A DNA stretch of 48,713 bases from Candidatus Heimdallarchaeota archaeon (GCA_046761065.1 JBHIFL010000025.1:1-48713); one strand, 5' to 3'; shown: positions 20,818 through 29,635, counted from the first letter of the stretch. Numbers and translations: made by a program. The notes: generated by a model from the letters alone, not told the origin.

Positions 20818-21711
20818 CTATCTGTGAGAAATATTCCTAAGACGATTATTAATCCAATGAACTTCCTTTTCGAAATCTGCCACTTGATAAAACTCAAGAA
20901 GTTGGCGATATCGATCCAAAACATCAAATTGGATGCTGGAATGGAGCTTACGTAGGCACACTGGGCAAAGATGCATCGGTCGTGCATCACTCTCCTCTAG
21001 ATGGTTGGATCCGTTTATTACGCACTTAAAGAATATACAATGGCTTAAACCAAACATATGAGCGGTTTCATGAGTCAAAACTTTACAGCTACGCCATAAT
21101 AAGATTCTTTGATAATTTAATTCCCGTTCTCCCCCAAAAAAAGCGGGATCATATCGAGCAAAACTGAAAACTCCAACACGATGCACCAGAGAAGCTTGAC
21201 CAAAACAAAAGTTCCAGGAGGGTTGGGGGTAGAGATCCTCCATGGTAAGTGCCAGAATACAGAATCCATCACCAGGCAGCCTTTTTCGGAGGAGATCTAA
21301 TACGTCCGTGGTTAGAATTTGCCGTTTTCTAGTGAAAGGATTAATCCGAGTTGTAACACGATAATCATCAGGTGTTAGAGGAGAAAGGACTTTCACGTCC
21401 ATCTGGAAGAAAACAGTGGTGTAGTTCCTTAATCTTTCCATCGATGGGCTTCGGTCTTTTAGAAACTCCCCGAATGGCTGCAAGTAAATCCTCCACTGAT
21501 GGGAATTCGGCCGCTTCGGCTTTGACTTGATAAATTCGTTAAATGTTTGCCCGGTTTCCAAATGTACGGCTAACCAGTCGTTCGGGTTTGGAGTTGGGAT
21601 GGGTTCGAAGTCTGTATTAGGATCGAAGGCCAGTCGAAGCGGCTCCGACAACTCTTTAACAGATCCAATCGCCTGAAGCCTTCTAGCAGCATTTGGCGGT
21701 TTGAACGCCAT
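20818..21711 (-). CDS. Archaemetzincin (peptidase M54), long form
   Basis: HETAHMFGLSHC...C.INGSN..EE.D......CPVC.RKL and DLYP...WNFCFGQAS motifs. Confidence 0.9.
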   Translation of the reverse strand: MAFKPPNAARRLQAIGSVKELSEPLRLAFDPNTDFEPIPTPNPNDWLAVHLETGQTFNEFIKSKPKRPNSHQWRIYLQPFGEFLKDRSPSMERLRNYTTVFFQMDVKVLSPLTPDDYRVTTRINPFTRKRQILTTDVLDLLRKRLPGDGFCILALTMEDLYPQPSWNFCFGQASLVHRVGVFSFARYDPAFFGGERELNYQRILLWRSCKVLTHETAHMFGLSHCIFFKCVINGSNHLEESDARPMHLCPVCLRKLHSSIQFDVLDRYRQLLEFYQVADFEKEVHWINNRLRNISHR

Positions 21712-21779
21712 CTTTCTTCACGCTCTTCAAAGTCGTGGGAGTAGAGTCGGTTCCTGGATCCCTGAAGTTACACAATCCT

Positions 21780-22220
21780 TTATCTCCAAATCAAAGAAAA
21801 AGTGAACAGTATAGAACTAATAATGATATAAAATGATTTCGTGAAGATATCCCCGTCCATTATAGCAACAGGGATCTCTGTCTCGTGGTGTGTGTAGTTT
21901 CGAACCAAAAGAACAATAATAAGCCACCGTACTTCTTGAGTCATGGAAGTCCAAGTTTGTTGTTGAGCGAAAGGTTGAGTATCGTCGAATCTGTTATTTA
22001 TCAATTGTTCCAACTTGTATTCGATATCATTCATTTTGTCATAATGGCCATATGTATGTAATGCTTCTAACAATTCTCCTATCCACTTGGATGATACAAA
22101 CAACCATGAATAGTAGTAATCACCGAATTTTTTTGTGGGAATTTTTGCTGTCCATGAAGTTTCCTCTTCATTCCTTGTGATTGTGGGAACTAGAATCGTC
22201 TTTAAATATCTCCTAACCAT
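21780..22220 (-). CDS. Hypothetical protein, possibly a fragment
   Basis: 146 aa ORF with no motif, next to a decayed region. Confidence 0.4.
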   Translation of the reverse strand: MVRRYLKTILVPTITRNEEETSWTAKIPTKKFGDYYYSWLFVSSKWIGELLEALHTYGHYDKMNDIEYKLEQLINNRFDDTQPFAQQQTWTSMTQEVRWLIIVLLVRNYTHHETEIPVAIMDGDIFTKSFYIIISSILFTFSLIWR

Positions 22221-23189
22221 AAATTGAAAAATGACTTGTTGTCTACTAGTTCGGTGAATGGTTCATTTCCAAATCCAAGAGCGAAAAACTGCAGTTATTA
22301 AAAAAGACATACACTTTAGACCATGTTTTAACCGTTTTAATTAAAGAATTCATTGATCACGTCAGTCTAGGATCTTCATGGATTATTGGCGTGTCATATA
22401 TTCTGAATTTATTGCATAATCAAGAATATTTTTCAGAGATTATCCATATTATCAAAAAATTACTTGCCAAAGCAAAAAACATAGATAAAAAGCACTTATT
22501 TTTCATCTATGATGAATTAGCAACTGCCTATCGAGAATTGGGTAACCATAAAGCTAGGATACAGTAATACAATATCTTAATTGGAAAAATTCAATTTCTT
22601 AATTTTAGCATATTATAGAATATATTCCTTAGTTTTTTCCTATTAATCCCCATAATTCATATTGGTGAAACTTTTGGTAATATTTATCGGATATATGTTT
22701 TTCTGGGATCAAATTTCTGCTTTTAACATACGATAAATTCTGCTTTTGACTCCTAAAACAACCACTAAGGAAATATCCTCAGAATTCCTTTAGTTTGAAC
22801 TTATTTGCGCTGAATGCAGGATCGCTAATTAAAGGAATCCACAAAAATCGAGTAAAGAGCAATCTGACATTGATCTTGGTCTCATTCTGATGTTTACATG
22901 TTGTTCGGTTCGCCCATAAGGTGTAACCCACTCCTACTTTCTTCTTCCCTAGAATAGAATGAAAAAACAAATTATGGCCAATTTTTGATGGAATAATGTT
23001 TGAATGATGTAAAGATTGTTTTGTTATGGTCTCCTTTAGCAAGCTATTTTGGGGTATTCTTTCCATTTACCCTGTTGCAATATTTTTAGAGTAGTTAGTT
23101 TTCATTAACATTTTAAGACGAAAGGCTCAAAGTTCGACATTGCTTAGCACCAACTTAGTTTTGTCTGCTTCGAGTCCGTCAAATATTTT

Positions 23190-23420
23190 TTACTGATCTG
23201 GTTTACTCTTTTCGAGCCGAACGAGAACTGTACGCTCCGATTCTATCTTTTCAATTCGTGGGCGGTTCTGGATATTGACTATCAAATCGATATACTGTTG
23301 TGCCGTCCAATAGTGCATTTTAGCTCGTTTTGCTAAAGTAGTAAGTGAGAGGGGACGACCTGTTTCAAGAATATCGAATATTTTTTCCACACGATCTGCA
23401 ATAGAACCACCACGCGGCAT
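23190..23420 (-). CDS. Small winged-HTH transcriptional regulator, divergent from the RAMP operon
   Basis: 76 aa; LSLTTLAKRAKMHYWTAQQYIDLI HTH; ggagg RBS upstream. Confidence 0.75.
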   Translation of the reverse strand: MPRGGSIADRVEKIFDILETGRPLSLTTLAKRAKMHYWTAQQYIDLIVNIQNRPRIEKIESERTVLVRLEKSKPDQ

Positions 23421-23520
23421 TATAATTCCTCCAAATAAATTTGAACTAATATATTATTTAACTATTTTGATTGAATGATTATTATATATTTTAAGTAATT
23501 ATTTATTTTTTTCAAATATA

Positions 23521-23534
23521 GAAAAATTTATAAA
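23521..23534 (+). promoter_or_regulatory. BRE + TATA box of the RAMP operon
   Basis: GAAAAA-TTTATAAA about 35 bp upstream of ATG 23569, within a very AT-rich divergent intergenic region. Confidence 0.6.
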
Positions 23535-23568
23535 GTTTAATTTTCCTATATGATACTGGTGTTAAGCA

Positions 23569-23895
23569 ATGTTGAATACAGAAACATTTCAAGTTGAGTC
23601 TATGTTAGGAAAAGGAGGCGTCCGATGCTGGCGATGCGGCCGCTCATTAACCAACCCTGAGAGCATTGAACGTGAGTACGGTCTAGTGTGCTGGGAGAAG
23701 GTTGAAATCGAGCTATGGTTAGGCGATGTGGCAGTCTCAGAGCCAACCATCCCGACCCAACGACGGTATTGGAACCCCAAGCTGGCTGAAAAACTCGTAA
23801 CCGTCCACCACACCTTAGATACCTTCTGCTTTGTGGAGGTGGAGCCACACCAAGCAGAAGCTCCGAGTAAGAAGGCGGTCCTGGTGGAGGGGTGA
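23569..23895 (+). CDS. DUF6011-like zinc-finger protein
   Basis: RCWRCGRSLTNPESIEREYGLVCWEK fits the C..CGR.LT...S...G.GP.C pattern. Confidence 0.75.
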   Translation: MLNTETFQVESMLGKGGVRCWRCGRSLTNPESIEREYGLVCWEKVEIELWLGDVAVSEPTIPTQRRYWNPKLAEKLVTVHHTLDTFCFVEVEPHQAEAPSKKAVLVEG

Positions 23896-23899
23896 GGTG

Positions 23900-24148
23900 A
23901 TGTCCCATTCCCAGTACCTCTAAGTGGAGGCGGCTCGGCTGGTAGTGGAGGGACGCGTTTCCATCCTCTATAAAGGCGGGGGAACCGCGATCTTTTTGGT
24001 AGAGAGCAAGACGAAGGCCTATCGAGTGCACCTGAATCCTGATGGGACGGTGTCATGTACAAGCACCCACTGGACATACTGGGGGGAAGTGTGTCAGCAT
24101 ATTCTCGCGAGTCAGTTTTGCCACCATGCCCACGAGGTGGTTCGGTGA
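23900..24148 (+). pseudogene. SWIM zinc-finger protein with an early in-frame TAA
   Basis: RBS gaggtg and ATG 23900; TAA at 23921-23923; F.VES....Y.V......SCTS.......CQHILA (second SWIM Cys replaced by Ser). Confidence 0.7.
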
Positions 24149-25221
24149 TCCTCATGGTACCGCAGACGCAGTTCCGCTTGCGAGCAGTCTTCTATACGCC
24201 CATGGCTAAACCATTAGGGGTCAATGTACCGGGGAGTTCCACCAGTACAATCCCGGGGACAGCGCCCTTAGTCGTCGAGACCACCGCAGAGAATCCGCTG
24301 GTTTCCATTGCCCACAAAATTACTGAAGGGACTTTAGGGCAACTCCCAGTCAAGGCTCTTCGGGAAATTATCGATGAGCTGCAGACCGTTAGTGGAGAAG
24401 GGGTGTCCAAATCAGGTACGAAAACGGAGATGATCCAACGCATTCTCGCTTCCCAACACAAAGATGCCGCGATCCAGCGGTTCCTCATTGATAAAGATGT
24501 CCGGGAACAACAGAAACAGGAACGACTCATCTTGAAGCTCTTTACCAGTCTTCGGGGTGCCTTACGCCAAGCGGGGAAGGAAATCCTGGAGGAACTCCAC
24601 CTCCCCTACAGTATGCCAGGATTACCAGAGGATTCGTTACCCAAAGGTGCCCATCGACCAGGCGAATGTCCTGACCCCGAGGAAGAATGCCTGTTATGCC
24701 GCGTCTTTGGCTCGCTGAACCACGCCTCTCTTTTCCGGAATTATACCCCACCGTTAGTGGACGACCCTGAGACCAAGTTGGGCATCCACCAGGAAGTGAA
24801 TCACGTCTTAATCCGCACTCATGCCCGCAACGTCCACCGTCCAGATGGGAACACCCTCAACTTCAACCAACAATATTTTGCGGGCGAATTCATTACGTAC
24901 CTCCAGTTTCCCAACGGCCGCCCGAAGCCCATAACCTTGGGATTTCTGCTCAATTGCCTGGAACGCTGTACCGATGTGGGGGCCGCGAAGGCGTGGGGCG
25001 CCGGGAAACTGTTCCTCCGGGCCTACACGTTGGAAAAGGTCGAATTCACCTATGCGCGGGAATGGGACGGGGGAGCTTTTCAGTTAGTTCGCAAAGAGAC
25101 GGTCATACCCCTCAAAGCTGAACTGGAACACGCCTTCGAAGCCTATGAGCAGTGGCTAGCCCAAATTGTAACAAAACCTAGCGAATCGAGTGAGACCCAT
25201 GAAGGGGAGGTGACTGCATGA
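24145..25221 (+). CDS. Cas7-like RAMP protein with a SAP/HEH-like insertion
   Basis: N-terminal beta strand; TSLRGALR (the RAMP SLKG.LR helix); H...EC......CLLCRVFGS; C-terminal Gly loop VGAAKAWGAGK. The start is likely GTG 24145 after gaggtg, overlapping the upstream TGA. Confidence 0.82.
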   Translation: MILMVPQTQFRLRAVFYTPMAKPLGVNVPGSSTSTIPGTAPLVVETTAENPLVSIAHKITEGTLGQLPVKALREIIDELQTVSGEGVSKSGTKTEMIQRILASQHKDAAIQRFLIDKDVREQQKQERLILKLFTSLRGALRQAGKEILEELHLPYSMPGLPEDSLPKGAHRPGECPDPEEECLLCRVFGSLNHASLFRNYTPPLVDDPETKLGIHQEVNHVLIRTHARNVHRPDGNTLNFNQQYFAGEFITYLQFPNGRPKPITLGFLLNCLERCTDVGAAKAWGAGKLFLRAYTLEKVEFTYAREWDGGAFQLVRKETVIPLKAELEHAFEAYEQWLAQIVTKPSESSETHEGEVTA

Positions 25222-26108
25222 TTGCGCGCCTCATCGCGGAAACCCTGACCCCGATTGTGACGAAGTCCCGATTCCTACGGGTACGTGGCAGCCGCGGGGT
25301 GGTGTCCAATCGGCCTTATCTGGAACTGGAGGCGCCGGCTCGCCATCAATGCCGCACGACCCTGATCGTGAAGCAAGGCGCGCATGGGTTGCCAGTCTAC
25401 CGGCGCGCGTATATGGGGTACTTGCACCTCGATTTCAAAGCCCGAACGCAGAAGCAGACCAATCGGAAAATTCACGCATTACTCCAACTCCAATGTGTCG
25501 GAAAGCTCACCGCATGGGGTTACGGGGCCATTCGCTGGGTTTTACACAAGGTGTATCATCGACAAGCATCGGGTCACACGTTTCGCCCACGGTTCCGGAT
25601 TCTCAAGGGCTTACTCTCGGATCTGACCTTCCATGAGCGCCAGCTGGCTATGGCTGCGCTCCTGCACGATTTGGTGGACACCGATATGCACCCCTCCAAG
25701 TTGGGGCGGGCCGTCACGATCCCCGATCCCTATGTGCGGTGGTTGTGTACACAGCATCACGCCGCAAAGGCGCACTCCGATAATCCCGATTTGCAGTTCT
25801 TGCAAGAAGCGGATGTTCGGACGTCACGCTATGCCCGCCTCCTCTCTGTATCCACACGGCGCCGCAAGCTGGCTCCGGTCAATACGCAACAGCTCGCCCA
25901 ACAACTCGAAGAGGCCGCCCACCACTCGGTTTATAAACTCTACACAGTTATCTACCATTCACAAGAACTAACGCAGTTCACCGCATCCAAAACCCATCCT
26001 ACCGAGACGCTCCGGAATCACCTCATTGGGGTGGTGAATTGGGTGTTGTTCCTGGTGCGAACACGCGTTTCTACCTCTTTACATGCTTCGGCAGCCCTCG
26101 TGGGATAG
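25218..26108 (+). CDS. Cas5-like RAMP fused to an HD nuclease domain
   Basis: N-terminal LIAETLTPIV strand and Gly loop VGKLTAWGYGAI, then AALLHDL, HH, ADVRTS and C-terminal ETLRNHL. ATGA overlap with the upstream gene. Confidence 0.78.
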   Translation: MIARLIAETLTPIVTKSRFLRVRGSRGVVSNRPYLELEAPARHQCRTTLIVKQGAHGLPVYRRAYMGYLHLDFKARTQKQTNRKIHALLQLQCVGKLTAWGYGAIRWVLHKVYHRQASGHTFRPRFRILKGLLSDLTFHERQLAMAALLHDLVDTDMHPSKLGRAVTIPDPYVRWLCTQHHAAKAHSDNPDLQFLQEADVRTSRYARLLSVSTRRRKLAPVNTQQLAQQLEEAAHHSVYKLYTVIYHSQELTQFTASKTHPTETLRNHLIGVVNWVLFLVRTRVSTSLHASAALVG

Positions 26109-26260
26109 CTGGGTGGAACTCCCGGCCTTGTCGAGGTGGAAGATCCTCGGGTCGCAGATGAGCCATCACTCCGTGGTGAAACCCGAGCGAGAGGACCCAC
26201 ACTCGGCGGTGTGGCCACGACCTCCTCGTTGAGGGGCTTTCATGCAACAAGGAGCGAAAA
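25915..26260 (+). repeat. 346 bp direct repeat, copy 1 (3' end of cas5-HD plus RNA)
   Basis: Colinear without indels with 30781..31126 (offset 4866). Confidence 0.95.
26079..26260 (+). ncRNA. Putative structured RAMP-associated RNA, copy 1
   Basis: cUUCGg hairpin (tgc-ttcg-gca); stems gctggg/cccggc, ctcgggt/acccgag, tcact/ggtga and ccacac/gtgtgg; closing pairs gccctcg/tgaggggc and ttacatg/catgcaa; near-identical second copy. Confidence 0.7.
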
Positions 26261-26261
26261 G

Positions 26262-27944
26262 CTAGTATCCAATCGCTTCAGATTCAAAGCTAAGGAAGTG
26301 CCACTCCACGCCACCATAAAGGAGATTCTGCTTGGAGTCAACGACAATACCGACGGGTCTGGCCCAGTTGCCGATCTCTTTGTCAATGTAAGCAATTTGA
26401 TGTCCCATCTCTATGAGCTTAGTAGAGGTTTCCTTGGGGAATCTACTGTCAATTTGTACCTCACTCGTTTCCCGCGTGATCCTTGGGGCCTCGATTGCCG
26501 ACTGGATGTCCATCCCGAAGTCAATAACGTGAACGATGGTCTGAACGATAGATGTCTGAATAGCTCTCCCACCAGGGGCTCCAATAGCCATGAAGGGTTC
26601 TCCATCTTTCAGGAGGATGGTTGGACAGACGTTCTGGATTCGACGCTTTCTTCCCGAGATTGAATTTGCATGCCCTGGTTCTGGATTAAGCCCGTACATT
26701 GCATTATTCATAACAATTCCTGTTTCAGGGATGACTACTCCACTACCAAAGGTATCAACAAGGGTTTGGTTTATTGCCACCAAGTTTCTATCTTTGTCAG
26801 CCACTGTAAGGGCAGTTGTACATTCTTCATATGGCCATGGGTTACCCGGGGTTATTTCAAGGGCTTTCTGAAAGTTGATCCGTTGTTTCTGAAGCATCTT
26901 GGCATATTCCTTGGAAACAAGCCCTCGTTGAGGGACATTGATAAACTCAGGATCCCCCATATACTCGAATCTGTCGGCATAAGCGAGGCCGATAGCCTCA
27001 GCCATGATGTGGAGATGTTCCAGGGATCCGAACCCATATCCGGCGAGATCGAACCCTTCAAGAATATTTAAAATCTCCATGAGGGTCGTCCCGGCGTGAC
27101 TCGGATCGTAAATTACTTCAAAGCCTCGGTATGATCCAGGAAGGGGGGTGATGACAAGGGGCTCGTACATGGCGAGGTCTTCTGCGGTGATCAGCCCATT
27201 ATTTTTTGCCATGTCTTTAATAATAGCCTTGGCGATCTCTCCCTTGTAGAAAGCGTCGGGCCCCTCCTCTGCGATGAGGCGGAGGGACTTTGCCAGATCT
27301 TTATTGGCGAGTATATCCGGAGTTGCTTTGATGGAGTGGGTGTAGGGTGTTGGAGGATACTTCCCCTCCTTAAGGAATATCCTCTGCCACTCTGGAAAAT
27401 TCGAGAATCGGTGCATAGTCTTCACGATATGGGATGTGGTCCACCAGCCCACCACGAACCCCTCTTCTGCTATCTTAATGGCTGGTTCTAGAACCTCTTT
27501 AAGCTCCATCGTCCCATAGAGCTCTAGGGCTTTCGCTAGGCCCGCGACCGTACCTGGGACGGTTGAAGCCTTATAGCCTACTATATTGGCGTCATCCTTG
27601 ACTCGTCTCCATCCCATCCACCCAGGCTCTATTTCATCAAGAAGTTCATACATTTCAGGAGTGCAATTCTTTGATGGGCGACCCACATAGTCGATGATGA
27701 TGTTCTTCCCACTGATATGAATCGCCATGACCCCCTCCCCACCAATGCCATTCATGGCCGGCTCGACAACGCAGTCCACAAATGCAGCTGCCACAGCGGC
27801 GTCGATAGCGTTTCCTCCCTTTCGCATGGCTTCAATTCCTGTCTTGCTTATGAGGGGGTGTTTCGCTGCAACCATTCCATGCTTTGCCACACAGCAGTCC
27901 CTAATTGCCTTCTCCCACTTATGCTGTTGATAAATGTACGCCAA
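26262..27944 (-). CDS. ggt: Gamma-glutamyltransferase
   Basis: GGNAIDAAVA, GIGGEG and VPGTV motifs, autocleavage Thr (CTTALTVAD), FGSG and GAPGG. Confidence 0.95.
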   Translation of the reverse strand: MAYIYQQHKWEKAIRDCCVAKHGMVAAKHPLISKTGIEAMRKGGNAIDAAVAAAFVDCVVEPAMNGIGGEGVMAIHISGKNIIIDYVGRPSKNCTPEMYELLDEIEPGWMGWRRVKDDANIVGYKASTVPGTVAGLAKALELYGTMELKEVLEPAIKIAEEGFVVGWWTTSHIVKTMHRFSNFPEWQRIFLKEGKYPPTPYTHSIKATPDILANKDLAKSLRLIAEEGPDAFYKGEIAKAIIKDMAKNNGLITAEDLAMYEPLVITPLPGSYRGFEVIYDPSHAGTTLMEILNILEGFDLAGYGFGSLEHLHIMAEAIGLAYADRFEYMGDPEFINVPQRGLVSKEYAKMLQKQRINFQKALEITPGNPWPYEECTTALTVADKDRNLVAINQTLVDTFGSGVVIPETGIVMNNAMYGLNPEPGHANSISGRKRRIQNVCPTILLKDGEPFMAIGAPGGRAIQTSIVQTIVHVIDFGMDIQSAIEAPRITRETSEVQIDSRFPKETSTKLIEMGHQIAYIDKEIGNWARPVGIVVDSKQNLLYGGVEWHFLSFESEAIGY

Positions 27945-28114
27945 CTTGGGGCACCGATTAAAGTCGTTGAAATGTGTTATATAAACTTAACTAGGACGTA
28001 TGAACATTCAGTAGGAGAGCTTTTCATGGGTACGTAACTGGTCAGTTGATTATCTTGAGGGTCGTATGTGGAAAAAGTAGTTAAGCCTTGTGAAAATGCT
28101 CAACTATTTACGCT

Positions 28115-28840
28115 CTACGAATTGGTGAGCGATGCTAATTTTCTTTTCCAATCACGAACAATATTTCGTTCTCTGTAGAAATGTCCCATCTCTCCTCTCC
28201 ACCTTCCCACTTGCTTCGGGAAGGCAATTACTAAGATATATGAGACGACAAGGAAGGCACAAAGGAGTAAACCCGTCGCATCGCGTGCCATGACGAACCC
28301 AAGGGTCCCAGCGACGCCGGAGGTGAACACGGTGGACATGCCCGCCAGCAAGAACATCCATTGTCTCTTTGGCGGCGAGGCCATTAAATAGCTGTAGTAG
28401 TTGATCTTCAGCGTCGGGAGATAGTAAATATCTCGGGACATCCCGTCAAATCGAATTCCCATTAAGGTACCTGCGACGAAGCGTCCCAGAGGATAGCCGA
28501 AGACGACAAACCCCCCCAGTAAATGACTATTCCATTTGAAGCAGATGAGATCGTTCCCTGCTATCTTTTCCAGAGACCAAATGTATCCAATAAAGCAACC
28601 AATTGCCAAAACACCCCAAATGGGAAGCATTACTTTCAGTGAAAAGGTTCTGCCGAGTCTTTGTTCATACAACAGATCTCGAATCTCCGAAGCTTTAGCA
28701 ACTATTTCTTGATCAGGGTGCGGGGTTCTTTTTATCTGGCCAACAAGTTTCCAAAAATGTGTTCTTATCTCCGGGGTGACATTTTTTGGATCCCTGATGA
28801 CCAGATCATGGATCTCCTTCAACTTCTCAAACAAGAGCAC
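28115..28840 (-). CDS. Hypothetical membrane protein
   Basis: Soluble N-terminus plus about four TM helices; PTLKINYYSYL. Confidence 0.7.
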   Translation of the reverse strand: MLLFEKLKEIHDLVIRDPKNVTPEIRTHFWKLVGQIKRTPHPDQEIVAKASEIRDLLYEQRLGRTFSLKVMLPIWGVLAIGCFIGYIWSLEKIAGNDLICFKWNSHLLGGFVVFGYPLGRFVAGTLMGIRFDGMSRDIYYLPTLKINYYSYLMASPPKRQWMFLLAGMSTVFTSGVAGTLGFVMARDATGLLLCAFLVVSYILVIAFPKQVGRWRGEMGHFYRERNIVRDWKRKLASLTNS

Positions 28841-29107
28841 TGCCCCCTAAATTTGATGGAAAGTATAACCTCTTTTGTTTTCCGTTTCTTGGTGGGCTTT
28901 CCCTATTTGTTGAATGAGCTATTTTCGCATAATCAAGTTTCTTTTTGGGAGCGTTATCTCCCTCTTATAATCCTACAGGTATAAAATACTAACTAAAATC
29001 ATTAGGATTCATTAAGGGCCAATTTCACGGATTAAAAACCTGACCGGTTGCATCGCAAAGTATTTCTTCCTTTATGAAGAAATTAATTTCGTTAGAGTGA
29101 GATAACG

Positions 29108-29635
29108 ATGAGAATCGCTGTAGGATCGACCAATCCGGTCAAATTCCAAGCCGTGGAGAATGCATTTTCCCATTATTTTTCAGCAATTGAAGTCATCAGC
29201 GTCGAGGTCGATTCTGATGTCGCTTCCCAGCCTTTTAATGAAGAAATTAAAATAGGAGCTGAAAACAGAGCAAGAAAGGTTCTAAAGACAACGAATGCCG
29301 AATATGGCGTTGGATTGGAAGGAGGGATTGTAGAACTCTATGAGGCGACATATATTGCGGGATACTGCGCAATTATGAACCAAAACTTGGAGTGTCATGG
29401 GAGTTGGGGCTCCTTTTGGGAGTGCCCACCTCGGGTTCTAACAGAACTTAAAGCGAAAAAAAAGGAACTTGGCGCTGTGATCGATGAGTTGAGCAAGCGA
29501 ACGAATACCAAACAAGCCGAAGGTGCCATTGGGATTTTCTCCAAGGGCGTCATTCTTCGGGAATTGGTTACTCGACACACAGTAATCTATGCCCTAATTC
29601 CTTTCCTAAATGAGACATTCTACCGGATGTCTTAG
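29108..29635 (+). CDS. yjjX: Inosine/xanthosine triphosphatase
   Basis: VGSTNPVK, SDV..QP, GAENRA, VGLEGG and GAIG motifs. Confidence 0.93.
   Translation: MRIAVGSTNPVKFQAVENAFSHYFSAIEVISVEVDSDVASQPFNEEIKIGAENRARKVLKTTNAEYGVGLEGGIVELYEATYIAGYCAIMNQNLECHGSWGSFWECPPRVLTELKAKKKELGAVIDELSKRTNTKQAEGAIGIFSKGVILRELVTRHTVIYALIPFLNETFYRMS

Noticed and set aside
22300-23100. TPR-like fragment (IYDELATAYRELGNH) and other short ORFs
   Set aside because: Short, stop-ridden AT-rich remnants that are not supportable as genes.
26136-26663. 175 aa ORF, and 30804..31256, read across the repeat
   Set aside because: They run through the structured repeat into antisense ggt or out-of-frame guaA. Only the first ~57 codons of the second are a real gene remnant.
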